From assembly GCA_963733675.1 (NCBI GenBank), contig CAVTET010000004.1:320001-384000 (forward strand): 64,000 bases of DNA. The letters run 5' to 3'. The notes under the pieces were generated by a model. That model was given only the letters and a program-made list of their open reading frames with translations, had not been told where the DNA came from and searched no databases. Both the position numbers and the translations under genes were made by a program. This DNA is from an uncultured Methanosarcinaceae archaeon. Lineage in GTDB: Archaea > Halobacteriota > Methanosarcinia > Methanosarcinales > Methanosarcinaceae. Below, in pieces: positions 43,722-53,250 of the stretch. The first letter of the stretch is position 1. Every line of letters begins with the position of its first letter.

Positions 43722-45902
43722 TTAATTCTGCCTAATTATATTTTTAACCCGCCTGTCCCATTCTGTAGACTCAAAAAGTTCTCTGAGTTCTGAAGAGTCA
43801 TTAATAAAGCAGAAACCCCAATAAACTGCAGGCAGGAATTCTCGTTTCCATTGCTCTTTCTTCCTCTTATCAATGAACTGATATGTTTTTGAAGACGATA
43901 GACGGCTTACGAACCCCAGGGCCTTTACAAGATCCGGGATAGTCTTCTGTGCAGAACCGAGTTTAAGACATTTAAGTCTGTACATATCTATTTCCCTGAA
44001 ATCTGATTCGAAACCCAAGGTATTCAATATCCGGTTTTTTTCGGATATAGAAAGGTGTTTACCTTCATACTTAAGGGAATTTAAAGCCTGAAGTTTCAGC
44101 AGCCACTCAACTTCCCCGAAGACCTTAGGTTTGTGCCGCCTCGGGACATCTCCTAATCTGCGGTCTTCATATGCTTCCCGCTTGAGCTTATTAATCTGTT
44201 CTGTAAGAATCAATAATTCTTCAGCATCTTTGACTTCCCTGACCCTGAATCTCAGAGCATCACGCATGAGTTCTCGTTTTTCCCTTTCAAAAGCTCCGAT
44301 ATTCTTTTCCTCTATTAGAGTCAGTAGGCGTGAGAAATATTTCGCCCTAAGGACGGTTGGAGGAAGTCTAACTGGCATTTCCTTAAACTGTGTATCTTTT
44401 CCTTTTCCGAGTGCTCTAAGCTCTACCTTGTTGATCTTAATCTTTCCTTCTTCAATCGCCCTGGCTGCATCTCCCTCGGAAAATAGCTCTTCAATTCGTA
44501 TTTCAGGCTGTAGCATCTGGATTTGATTTACTTTTTCCCCATTAAAAATTCCTTCCCCAAAGCGCTGGTAGAGAGATTCAATGTTATCCGAAATTTCAAC
44601 AATTCTTCCATGTTGCTTCCCTGATGCAGGGGACAGCCTCGTCACCCTCCCGATCTGTTGCTCAAAAAGACGCATGCTCAGGGTAGGACGCAGCAGGAAA
44701 AGGGATTCTAGGCCCGGGAAGTCAAAACCTTCAATCAACATACCTACAGCACAGAGGATATAAGGAGGTCTCCCGATCTCTTTGAAAGCTGCAATAAGGT
44801 CATTTTGAGTTTCTTTAGGCAATTCAGAAGTTATAAATACCGAATTTTTGAATTGCCCTTCGGGGGTATAATTCTCAAAACTTGCGGGCAGGACAGGGGC
44901 AGAGCCCTGATTCAGTTCTGCATCAGAAATCTCTCCATTGAAAACCGAGGAAGTAAGCTTTGCATGAAAAGCATTAATTTCTTTTCCACATGCTCCAGCT
45001 CCATATACCCGCTTCCGGACAGGGGCACAAAATACAAGGGTTTTTGAAGCTTTTTGTTTTACCATCAAATCGTAAACATCTTTTGCAAACTGTGTTCTTC
45101 GTATAACTTTATTCAACTTATCAACAGTGCTGCAGTCAAGAAAAAGATCCTGCTTATCAAGTTCATCCAAACCTTTTTCGAAATCAAAAATCTCAAAAAT
45201 GTCTTCTGAACTTTCTGCAATCGTATATTTGAGGGGTGCAAGTTCTCCGTCTATAATACATTCAGGAAGCGTTTTAGAGTAAATCTCTCTCATATCCCCT
45301 GCAATTTCATCCACGAACTTGACATTTCCGACTATACCCTGGAATGGAGTCGCAGTCATGCCCAAGATTTTTGTCCGTTCACCAAACTCATTGAGAAAAT
45401 CGTTCCCTTTGTTGTTGATGAAGTTATGAATTTCATCCACTATCGCAATGTCTGTAAATTCAAGAATTAGATCTTTGATTTCAGAACCCTGTTTTCCCAA
45501 TATTGTCTGCAAAGAGGCGAAAAGCACAAAACCTCCACTTTTTTCTTTCCCTAGATATTTCAAAATTTCAGCAAGTTCATTTTTATCTACCTTATGCTCA
45601 GAAGAGAGGATTGCACTATTGGGAAAAATAGGGTGTTTTTTCTTTCCATCATAATAGGTTTGATTAAGAAGAGGGTTGTTTTTCGAGACTAGGAAAAGCA
45701 TAATCTTTCCTTCGTCGTAGTAAGTTTTCATGATGTGTTTCGAAACAAAGGTCTTTCCCCATCCAGTGGGAACCTTGATGTAACCTCTCTGATTTGTTTC
45801 AAAATATTTCAAAAGATCTTTAACAATTCTTTTCTTATTTTCCTTCATGGGCTCAAGATAAATGGGTTTCACTCCGGCTGTGGCTTCATCTAAAATCGTC
45901 AT
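43722..45902 (-). CDS. SF2 DExH helicase (ResIII-like) with unassigned C-terminal domain
   Basis: PTGWGKT, DEIH, MTATP, MLIEGFDFP, QQIGRVTR. Confidence 0.9.
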   Translation of the reverse strand: MTILDEATAGVKPIYLEPMKENKKRIVKDLLKYFETNQRGYIKVPTGWGKTFVSKHIMKTYYDEGKIMLFLVSKNNPLLNQTYYDGKKKHPIFPNSAILSSEHKVDKNELAEILKYLGKEKSGGFVLFASLQTILGKQGSEIKDLILEFTDIAIVDEIHNFINNKGNDFLNEFGERTKILGMTATPFQGIVGNVKFVDEIAGDMREIYSKTLPECIIDGELAPLKYTIAESSEDIFEIFDFEKGLDELDKQDLFLDCSTVDKLNKVIRRTQFAKDVYDLMVKQKASKTLVFCAPVRKRVYGAGACGKEINAFHAKLTSSVFNGEISDAELNQGSAPVLPASFENYTPEGQFKNSVFITSELPKETQNDLIAAFKEIGRPPYILCAVGMLIEGFDFPGLESLFLLRPTLSMRLFEQQIGRVTRLSPASGKQHGRIVEISDNIESLYQRFGEGIFNGEKVNQIQMLQPEIRIEELFSEGDAARAIEEGKIKINKVELRALGKGKDTQFKEMPVRLPPTVLRAKYFSRLLTLIEEKNIGAFEREKRELMRDALRFRVREVKDAEELLILTEQINKLKREAYEDRRLGDVPRRHKPKVFGEVEWLLKLQALNSLKYEGKHLSISEKNRILNTLGFESDFREIDMYRLKCLKLGSAQKTIPDLVKALGFVSRLSSSKTYQFIDKRKKEQWKREFLPAVYWGFCFINDSSELRELFESTEWDRRVKNIIRQN

Positions 45903-46067
45903 CAGTACATTGTCCTCATGCTATTTATTGTAGAAACTTTTAAAGTACCTTTTCAGAACCAAAATATACATTACACAGAAGTTTCTTGAGTAATTGAATA
46001 TTCCACACAACAAAAAACATTTCATAAAACTGAACACATTATAAAAAGTAATTCCCCTCGAATTGCA

Positions 46068-46135
46068 GAGGATTTCAATAAACGTCTCAATTTATATAAA
46101 TAATTCATGAAAATCAGAGGTTTACCCAAATCCTC
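46068..46135. mobile_element. Family-B MITE, internally shortened
   Basis: GAGGATTTCAATAAAC...GTTTACCCAAATCCTC. Confidence 0.65.
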
Positions 46136-46898
46136 TGCAAACGATTCATAAAAAAATTTAGTCCAGAAAACTTCTGTTTATACCTTTCTCTTCAAAAGCT
46201 GAAAAGAATAAACTCTGGAAACGCTTTTCTTTAAAAAGAATCCCTGTTAAAGAATAAGGATTACATCAATATATATTTTATGCCAAAAAAGTCAGAGAAG
46301 AGTGATAAATAAGGAACTTTGATTTCTTTAACTACTTTGTGCTTTTTCCTGAAATAATTTAGCTTAAAAACTTGTTTTAATTTTGTCATATTAGCATAAC
46401 CCAAACAACTTAGCTCCTGTTATAAATTTTGCTTCCACTATCAATTTGTTCAATAAAACATTTCCTAAGGAGTACAGTTTCCCAAGTTTTTAGTCTATGT
46501 GATGCCTTTTGTGTATCATTGAATGAATTTCTTAAAATTTTTAAACTCATCTCTGAAATTAGTTTGTTCAAGAACCGAAGCCGAATTTCGACTTCTTTAG
46601 ATTTGAGAGGAATGGGTAATCGTATCAACCCTTATTTGTACAATATTCACACGAAACTCCTAAATATTTTTATATGAATATACTTATTATAGAATCTACT
46701 AAAACAATACAATTGAAAATAATGAATGTTTCAAATCTCCATTTTTAATGTGGCTAAAAAAAGAATGATAACTACAATCAGTTTTTTTCAAGACACCTTG
46801 AAGTGGTTTTGAATATACTATATTGGATTCAGTATTTCCATTTTTTTGGAATCAGAAAGCTTATTTTGTTGTTCAAAGTATTGATACTACGAATTTGT

Positions 46899-47750
46899 GG
46901 TTCCGTTGCAAAAACTTCAACAAAATATGTAAATCTATAAGTGATTAATAAAAATCAAAACATTCAAGGAAAATGTACTAACATTATAAAACTATATCAA
47001 ATAATTGATTAATGTATTTGACTTCATTAAGAACAGAGTAATTTAGATCGATTACTTGTCCTTTTTGATCATATTTATAGCTTCAATTCCTTTTAAAGTC
47101 TTATTAGCAGATCGAAAAGACTGAAATCCTAACATTGGATTAACGATTCGCTTTATAGATCTGTGATCTTGTTCTATAATGTTATTCAAATACTTGATTT
47201 GTCGAATGCCTACGTTTTTAGGTAGTATTTTATCAATTTTTAGTTTATCTATAGCAGGTGGATAAGCTGGATTCTTATCAACGGTTATTAATCTTGGAAT
47301 TTGATTATGATTAGAACTTAAAGCTTTCTTAAAGAATCTCTTTGCTGCTTTTCTATCTCGTTTTGAACTTAACATGAAAGCAATTGTATCTCCATTTGAG
47401 TCAACTGCTCGGTAAAAATATTTCCATTTACCTTTTACTTTGATATAGGTTTCGTCAACTCTCCACGAATAGTTTGTTAGTCTTAAATGTCTTCTTATCT
47501 TCTTTTCGATTTCAGGAGAATATTGATGTACCCATCTCATGATTGTTGTATGGTCGACTTTTACTCCCCTTTCTGCCATCATTTCCTTTAAAGTTCTATA
47601 ACTTAATGCATATTTTAAGTACCATCTTACATTCAATAAGATAATTTCCCCTTCATAATGCTTCCATTTAAAGGAATTAGATAGCATGTTACTATCTTTG
47701 GTTTTTTTTATTCTATTGTATCATTAGAAAGGATTTTTTGCAACGGAACC
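46899..47750 (-). mobile_element. IS6-family insertion sequence, copy 1
   Basis: 852 bp, TIRs GGTTCCGTTGCAAAA; DDE transposase 47052-47687. Confidence 0.96.
47052..47687 (-). pseudogene. IS6 transposase, C-terminally frameshifted (211 aa)
   Basis: WRVDETYIKVKGKW, NNIIEQDHR; diverges from copy 2 after NMIKK. Confidence 0.85.
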
Positions 47751-47774
47751 AGAAATATTGTCTTATCGCGGTTT

Positions 47775-48266
47775 TTAGCCAAGTTTTTCGAATTTGGATA
47801 CAGGTGCCCCACAAATTGGACATTTTCCATGAGGTTCACATTCCTTAGTATATCCGCAGATACTGCAGACGTAGTAATCAACTTCTTCATTCTTTCCAAT
47901 TTCATCCAGGGCTTTTTCGTATAATCCAGCATGGATCTTTTCTACTTTATTTGCCACCTCAAAGCTCCAGAGAGCCCTGTTATCCCCTTCTTCCTTTGCC
48001 GCATCTATAAATTTGGGGTACATTTTTGTAAATTCGTATGTTTCGCCGTTAATGGCATCTTTCAAGTTGTCCATTGTAGTTCCAATCCCACCCATACGCT
48101 GGAAATGATTGAAAGCGTGGACAGTTTCCGCAGCAGCAGCAGCTCTAAATAATTTAGCTATCTGATGATACCCTTCTTCATCGGCTTTTTTCGCAAAGGC
48201 CAAGTATGTCCTGTTTGCCATTGATTCGCCAGTAAATGCAGCTCTAAGATCATCTTTGGAACTCAT
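47775..48266 (-). CDS. Rubrerythrin
   Basis: AFTGESMANRTY, AETVHA, EKIHA, C-terminal CSICGY...CPICG. Confidence 0.95.
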   Translation of the reverse strand: MSSKDDLRAAFTGESMANRTYLAFAKKADEEGYHQIAKLFRAAAAAETVHAFNHFQRMGGIGTTMDNLKDAINGETYEFTKMYPKFIDAAKEEGDNRALWSFEVANKVEKIHAGLYEKALDEIGKNEEVDYYVCSICGYTKECEPHGKCPICGAPVSKFEKLG

Positions 48267-48572
48267 AAATATCTCCCTTAATTTAAATTTTTTTCACCCT
48301 AATTAGTGGTTATATATATCATTTTAACGCCAATGATGTATCACAAAATTATCAACGTATCTATGGCAGCATAGTATTCCTTTTTACCCATACCTGATAT
48401 ATATTCTGAAAACGAGCTATATAACCTCAAAAATTCAGATAGTTATAAGATTTTGGCGAAGTACTAAATCTAATTGCTATGACTCTAGAAAAGCTTATAA
48501 AATGACTGGCAATTATACATCAACTAAATCTTTTGAAGTACTGGAATCACCTTAGACTAGCTTCTAGAATAG

Positions 48573-49400
48573 ATGATAAAAATGGTTCAGAAAATGCACT
48601 ACTCAAGGAGGAACAATTCTCCTTTCCTACTTGAATTAAAAAACGTAACTGTTATCAAGTGTAGGAAAAAGATCCTCGATTCGGTATCAATCTCTATTGA
48701 ACAGGGAGAACATGTTGCAATTATAGGGCCAAATGGCTCTGGAAAATCCTCTCTTATCAAGACTTTTACAAAGGAATACCATCCTCTTGCATCAACCGAC
48801 GAGTTTGTTCTAAAGATAATGGGCAAAGATATCTGGAATGTTTTTGAGCTCAGAAAATTATTGGGAATAGTCTCTGGAGATCTTCAGCAGACATACTGCC
48901 GTCAGATTAACGTTTTGGATGTAATACTCTCTGGATTTTTCAGCAGTATAGGAATTCATTATAATCATGACGTTACTCCTGAAATGGAAAACAGAGCCAG
49001 AGAAATTTTGGAATTCCTTGAAATTTTACATCTGGAAAACAGACTTATATGCGAACTCTCCACCGGAGAAGCCAGACGAATACTGATAGGAAGAGCCCTG
49101 GTGCATGATCCCTATGCCCTTGTTTTAGATGAACCAGCAAACAGCCTTGACCTAAAGGCTCTTTATAGCTTCCGCGAGTGCATCAGGAAAATTGCAAGTT
49201 CAGGAAAAAGCGTGATCCTGGTCACTCACAATCTTCAGGACATTATTCCCGAAATAAACCGTGTGGTTCTCATAAGAGAGGGAAAAATCTTCAGAGATGG
49301 GAAAAAAGGTGATATCCTAACAGATGCCAACCTCTCAGAACTTTTATCCCTCCCAGTAAGGGTTCTGGAAAAGGGAGGGTTCTACCAAGCTCTGATCTGA
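48573..49400 (+). CDS. ABC transporter ATP-binding protein (ModF-like)
   Basis: GPNGSGKS, LSTGE, LVLDEP, VTH. Confidence 0.92.
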   Translation: MIKMVQKMHYSRRNNSPFLLELKNVTVIKCRKKILDSVSISIEQGEHVAIIGPNGSGKSSLIKTFTKEYHPLASTDEFVLKIMGKDIWNVFELRKLLGIVSGDLQQTYCRQINVLDVILSGFFSSIGIHYNHDVTPEMENRAREILEFLEILHLENRLICELSTGEARRILIGRALVHDPYALVLDEPANSLDLKALYSFRECIRKIASSGKSVILVTHNLQDIIPEINRVVLIREGKIFRDGKKGDILTDANLSELLSLPVRVLEKGGFYQALI

Positions 49401-49918
49401 TGAGAATTATTCTGCAGCTCGTAAATAAGTCATCGAACTTTACCCTACAAAGTGTAGAGAGCTGCTCCACCCGTTATTTTTCCAGCAACACACTCGACTC
49501 TAAATTTTTATATTTCTTAATCCTATATTCCAAGTCACTTTCATCTGACGTGACTAAGTTAGGTGCTTTAAGAGATGATTAGTTTCCTCTTTCGGCTTAC
49601 TCTACCGTTTCGGAATATATTCTCTTATGATATCAGATGTCACATTTTCAATTGGTTAGAGAGAAATCATGAAACGCATTACTACGACAGTAAACTCAAC
49701 CTAACGGCTTCTACAAGCCTTCGCCGACGAACAGACCGGTAACAGTGTAGCACAGGGAATAATTAATCAAGTGCCTACCGTTCGACTGTCAGCCGAGTGC
49801 AACCTGATAGGCGCTGACGACTGCACTGGTTTAGTGTTCACCGAGAGTGCTGACGAGGCGACTCGCTAGTGACAATCACGTAACTTCACTGCGACTATAG
49901 GAGTCTCCGACCGTACAG

Positions 49919-50476
49919 GCTGTTGGTTTTTTGGGAAACGAATTAGTTGCAAAGTTCAGGATTAGGGTGGGGAGGGAAATCGGGAGCGCTGCTCTTGTTG
50001 TAGATGGTTACCATGCGCAGGAAGACGGTTTTTCTAGCCTTGCCGTGCTTTTCGGGGCATTTGGTATCTGGTTAGGTTATCCACTTGCTGATCCTTTAAT
50101 AGGACTTCTTATTACAATTGTAATCTTGTGAATAGTCTGGGAAGCAGGTAAATCAGTATTCTACCGTATGCTTGATGGTGTGGAACCAGGAATTGTTGAC
50201 GAGATCCATCAGGTCGTTAGTAAGGTAGAAAATGTAAGGGATGTGACTGAGATACGAGTAAGCTGGCTTAGGCACAGGCTTCACGCGGAAGTGAATATTG
50301 CGGTAGACCCACTGTTTTCTGTTGAAGAAGGGCATTCAACTGCCGTGGAGATACGACAGAAAATGATACATGATCTAAGTTACCTCTCGAATGCAGTTGT
50401 ACATGTAGACCCACTTGATTCATCTGGAGAATTTTTCCATCAATCTTCGAAAACAAGGAAACATATTGTAACGTGA
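49919..50476 (+). pseudogene. Cation diffusion facilitator (CDF) transporter, 3' half only
   Basis: GFLGNELVAKFRIRVGREIGSAALVVDGYH, ADPLIGL, stop at 50129-50131, MLDG...HAEVNI...VHVDP. Confidence 0.88.
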
Positions 50477-50720
50477 GATCATAAATCAGGAGACAGGAAT
50501 AGCACAGCATATTTTACTTCTTACTTCCTATTATTCTGGATGTGGTAGGGCTTGCGATTTGTAAAAGAATTATAGAAAGGCATGTAGGGGTATATGAGTA
50601 AAATAGGAACTAGGAAAATGTTCGACTTTTTATTTCACTTTAACAATTAATCCTGTAGAATTTCAAAAACTAAATTTTAATACATAAGAAAAAAAACTTT
50701 TAATTTTTTATTGAAATTAA

Positions 50721-51574
50721 GGTTCCGTTGCAAAAAAATCAAAAAAATATGTAAATCTATAAGTAATGAATAAAAATCAAAGTATTCAAGGAAAATGTAC
50801 TAACATTATAAAACTATACCAAACAATTGATTAATGTATTTGACTTCATTAAGAACAGAGTAATTTAAATTATTGACTTGTCCTTTTTTGATCATATTCA
50901 TAGTTTCAATTATTTTTAAAGTTTTATTAGCAGACCGAAAAGACTGAAATCCTAATATTGGATTAACGATTCGCTTTATAGATCTATGATCTTGTTCTAT
51001 AATGTTATTCAAATACTTGATTTGTCGAATGCCTACGTTTTTAGGTAGTATTTTATCAATTTTTAGTTTATCTATAGCAGGTGGATAAGCTGAATTCTTA
51101 TCAACGGTTATTAATCTTGGAATTTGATTATGATTAGAACTTAAAGCTTTCTTAAAGAATCTCTTCGCTGCCTTTCTATCTCGTTTTGAACTTAACATGA
51201 AATCAATTGTATCTACATTGGAATCAACTGCTCGATAAAGATATTTCCATTTACCTTTTACTTTGATATAGGTTTCATCAACTCTCCATGAATCATTTGT
51301 TAGTCTTAAATGTCTTCTGATCTTTTTTTCTATCTCAGGGAAATATTGATGCACCCATCTCATTATAGTACTGTGATCAACTTGAATTCCTCTTTCTATC
51401 ATCATTTCCTTTAAATTTCTATAGCTCAATGGATATTTTAAGTACCATCTTAAATTTAATAGGATAATTTCTCCTTCATAATGCTTCCATTTAAAGGAAT
51501 TAGATAGCATATTACTATCTTTGGTTTTCTTTTTATTCTATTGTATCATTAGAAAGGATTTTTGCAACGGAACC
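50721..51574 (-). mobile_element. IS6-family insertion sequence, copy 2
   Basis: 854 bp, same TIRs, same orientation as copy 1. Confidence 0.96.
50806..51510 (-). CDS. IS6-family DDE transposase, apparently full length (234 aa)
   Basis: FKWKH, VDHSTIMRWV, DETY, TVDK, IEQDH. Confidence 0.95.
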   Translation of the reverse strand: MLSNSFKWKHYEGEIILLNLRWYLKYPLSYRNLKEMMIERGIQVDHSTIMRWVHQYFPEIEKKIRRHLRLTNDSWRVDETYIKVKGKWKYLYRAVDSNVDTIDFMLSSKRDRKAAKRFFKKALSSNHNQIPRLITVDKNSAYPPAIDKLKIDKILPKNVGIRQIKYLNNIIEQDHRSIKRIVNPILGFQSFRSANKTLKIIETMNMIKKGQVNNLNYSVLNEVKYINQLFGIVL

Positions 51575-51798
51575 ATAGTTAGACCCAAAATTTTAGAAAA
51601 ATTAGTCCATACTAAAGGTAGTCTGCTGATCGTAATATCCACCAAAAAATTTTCATTTACAAACGGGTATTATTTAATAGACATGTCTTCGTATTTATGT
51701 GCATACAGAGAAACAATTTCTCACTTAGATGTGGTATCCAACAAATATTTTGGAATAATGATCCGAAAACCTTCACATATCTGGAGGCAATAATCCGA

Positions 51799-51920
51799 AT
51801 GCCTGCATGCCAAGATTGTAAATTTTATGCATCTGTTGATGAGCAAAAGGGCGAATGTTTTAGCCTAGGCTTTGAAGTACGTGGTAAAACCGATTCTAAG
51901 CAGGCCTTCAGCCTGGAAAA
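51799..51920 (+). pseudogene. Small Cys-rich protein (benzylsuccinate synthase gamma-subunit-like), probably damaged
   Basis: GGAGG RBS then MPACQDCKFYASVDEQKGECF; the expected final Cys and stop are absent. Confidence 0.4.
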
Positions 51921-52264
51921 AATGAGAAAAACTTCCAATAATTTTTACGCTTTCTGCTCGCCGAAATTAAATGGCCTAGATAAAATCGCATTCAAGGTTT
52001 TAGCCCATTTTTTGCAGACATATCTGCCAACACATCACTTCCACGACACATTTCAAAGGAAAGAGTATCATGGGCTTCATTTTTTGTATCTTTTCTTTTT
52101 TGTACAAATTTGTGGCGAAGCCTAAAATATGAACAAAATTCTCTATGATATTTTTGGGAAGCACTTGATGAATGGATCATTTCATTCAATGCAAATTGCG
52201 CAGTGACTTCAAGATTTATCTTATCTGTGTTCTGGTGTGTTAATACTGAGGGATAACAGCAATG

Positions 52265-52488
52265 AAAAAATTTGTGTGAATGTCTAAACAACAAAATTTA
52301 GTTACGATTTTTGACAATTTAGATCCTCAAATCTATTTGGTAATGCAGTTGTCTCAAAAGCAATTTGGTGCACTTGATCAAGGTTATATTTAAGCCTTAA
52401 ATGAAATTCACATATTAGTATTATATAATTTTTAAAAATTGGGATTAATACAAACTTTCTGCTAAAGATAATCATGAAATCAATAAAT
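52265..52488 (+). repeat. ~220-bp dispersed non-coding repeat, copy 2
   Basis: Homologous to 14841-15060. Confidence 0.85.
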
Positions 52489-52540
52489 TATTTCGATAAA
52501 CTCCTAAATTTAGTCATATGCTTATAAGTGATACATAAAT

Positions 52541-52690
52541 GGTTCCGTTGCAAAAATAATATTTCTGCATTTTGACACTATAATTTTCACCTTTGTGTAT
52601 CATTTTCTTTCTAATGAAAATGATTAACTTTCCTAATTGTGAAGGTTTTTTCTGATTTTGCAAGAAAGCCAGATTTTTTGCAACGGAACC
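52541..52690 (-). mobile_element. 150-bp IS6-type MITE (family A) copy 4
   Basis: Reverse complement of copy 3; flank ACATAAAT (52533-52540) is the reverse complement of ATTTATGT. Confidence 0.95.
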
Positions 52691-52785
52691 CGATTTCTTT
52701 AATCTATTTAGATAAAGTGTCTTTATTGTGCCAAATTTCTGAGTTCTATGGAAGCTAGCATTAATTATGCTAAGTATGTTAAGTC

Positions 52786-53164
52786 TATTTGGCAAATTCA
52801 ATTGCTTTGTCATATGTTTTTATTGCTTCATCATGCTGTCCTAATTTATCTAAAATGGCTGCTTTATAGCTCCAAGTATCTGCATCCTGCGGGTTGATTT
52901 CAATTACTTTGTCGTATGCTTTTATTGCTTCATCGTTGTTACCGAATTCCTTCTGAGCTTGCCCTTTATTGTACCAAGCAGCTGAATCCTGTGGGTTAAT
53001 ATCAATTGCTTTGTCATATGCTATTATTGCTTCATCGTATTTTTTTAAATTGTCAAGAGCAGCTCCTTTGCTGTTCCAAGCAGCTGAATTTTTAGGATCA
53101 ATTTCAATTGCCTTGTCTTCTGCTTTTAGTGCTTCATCGAACTTGCCTAAAGCATTCAGAGCTT
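52786..53164 (-). pseudogene. TPR protein, 5'-truncated at a family-B MITE
   Basis: DEALKAEDKAIEIDPKNSAAWNSKG, DEAIIAYDKAIDINPQDSAAWYNKG repeats; no start codon. Confidence 0.85.
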
Positions 53165-53250
53165 AAAATTTTGATAAACCACTGATTCTCATGAGTAATT
53201 TATGTACTGCTTATAAGCAAATAAAGAAATAATAGGTTTATCAAAATTCT
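53165..53250. mobile_element. ~88-bp MITE (family B) copy
   Basis: AAAATTTTGATAAACC...GGTTTATCAAAATTCT. Confidence 0.65.

Noticed and set aside
49811-49870. Hammerhead ribozyme (CTGACGA twice)
   Set aside because: No correctly placed GAAA after a stem II.
46891-51582. Target-site duplication around the IS6 pair
   Set aside because: The four 8-bp flanks (GAATTTGT, AGAAATAT, GAAATTAA, ATAGTTAG) match neither each other nor the MITE flanks.
52969-53166. 65-aa plus-strand ORF
   Set aside because: Antisense of the TPR pseudogene.
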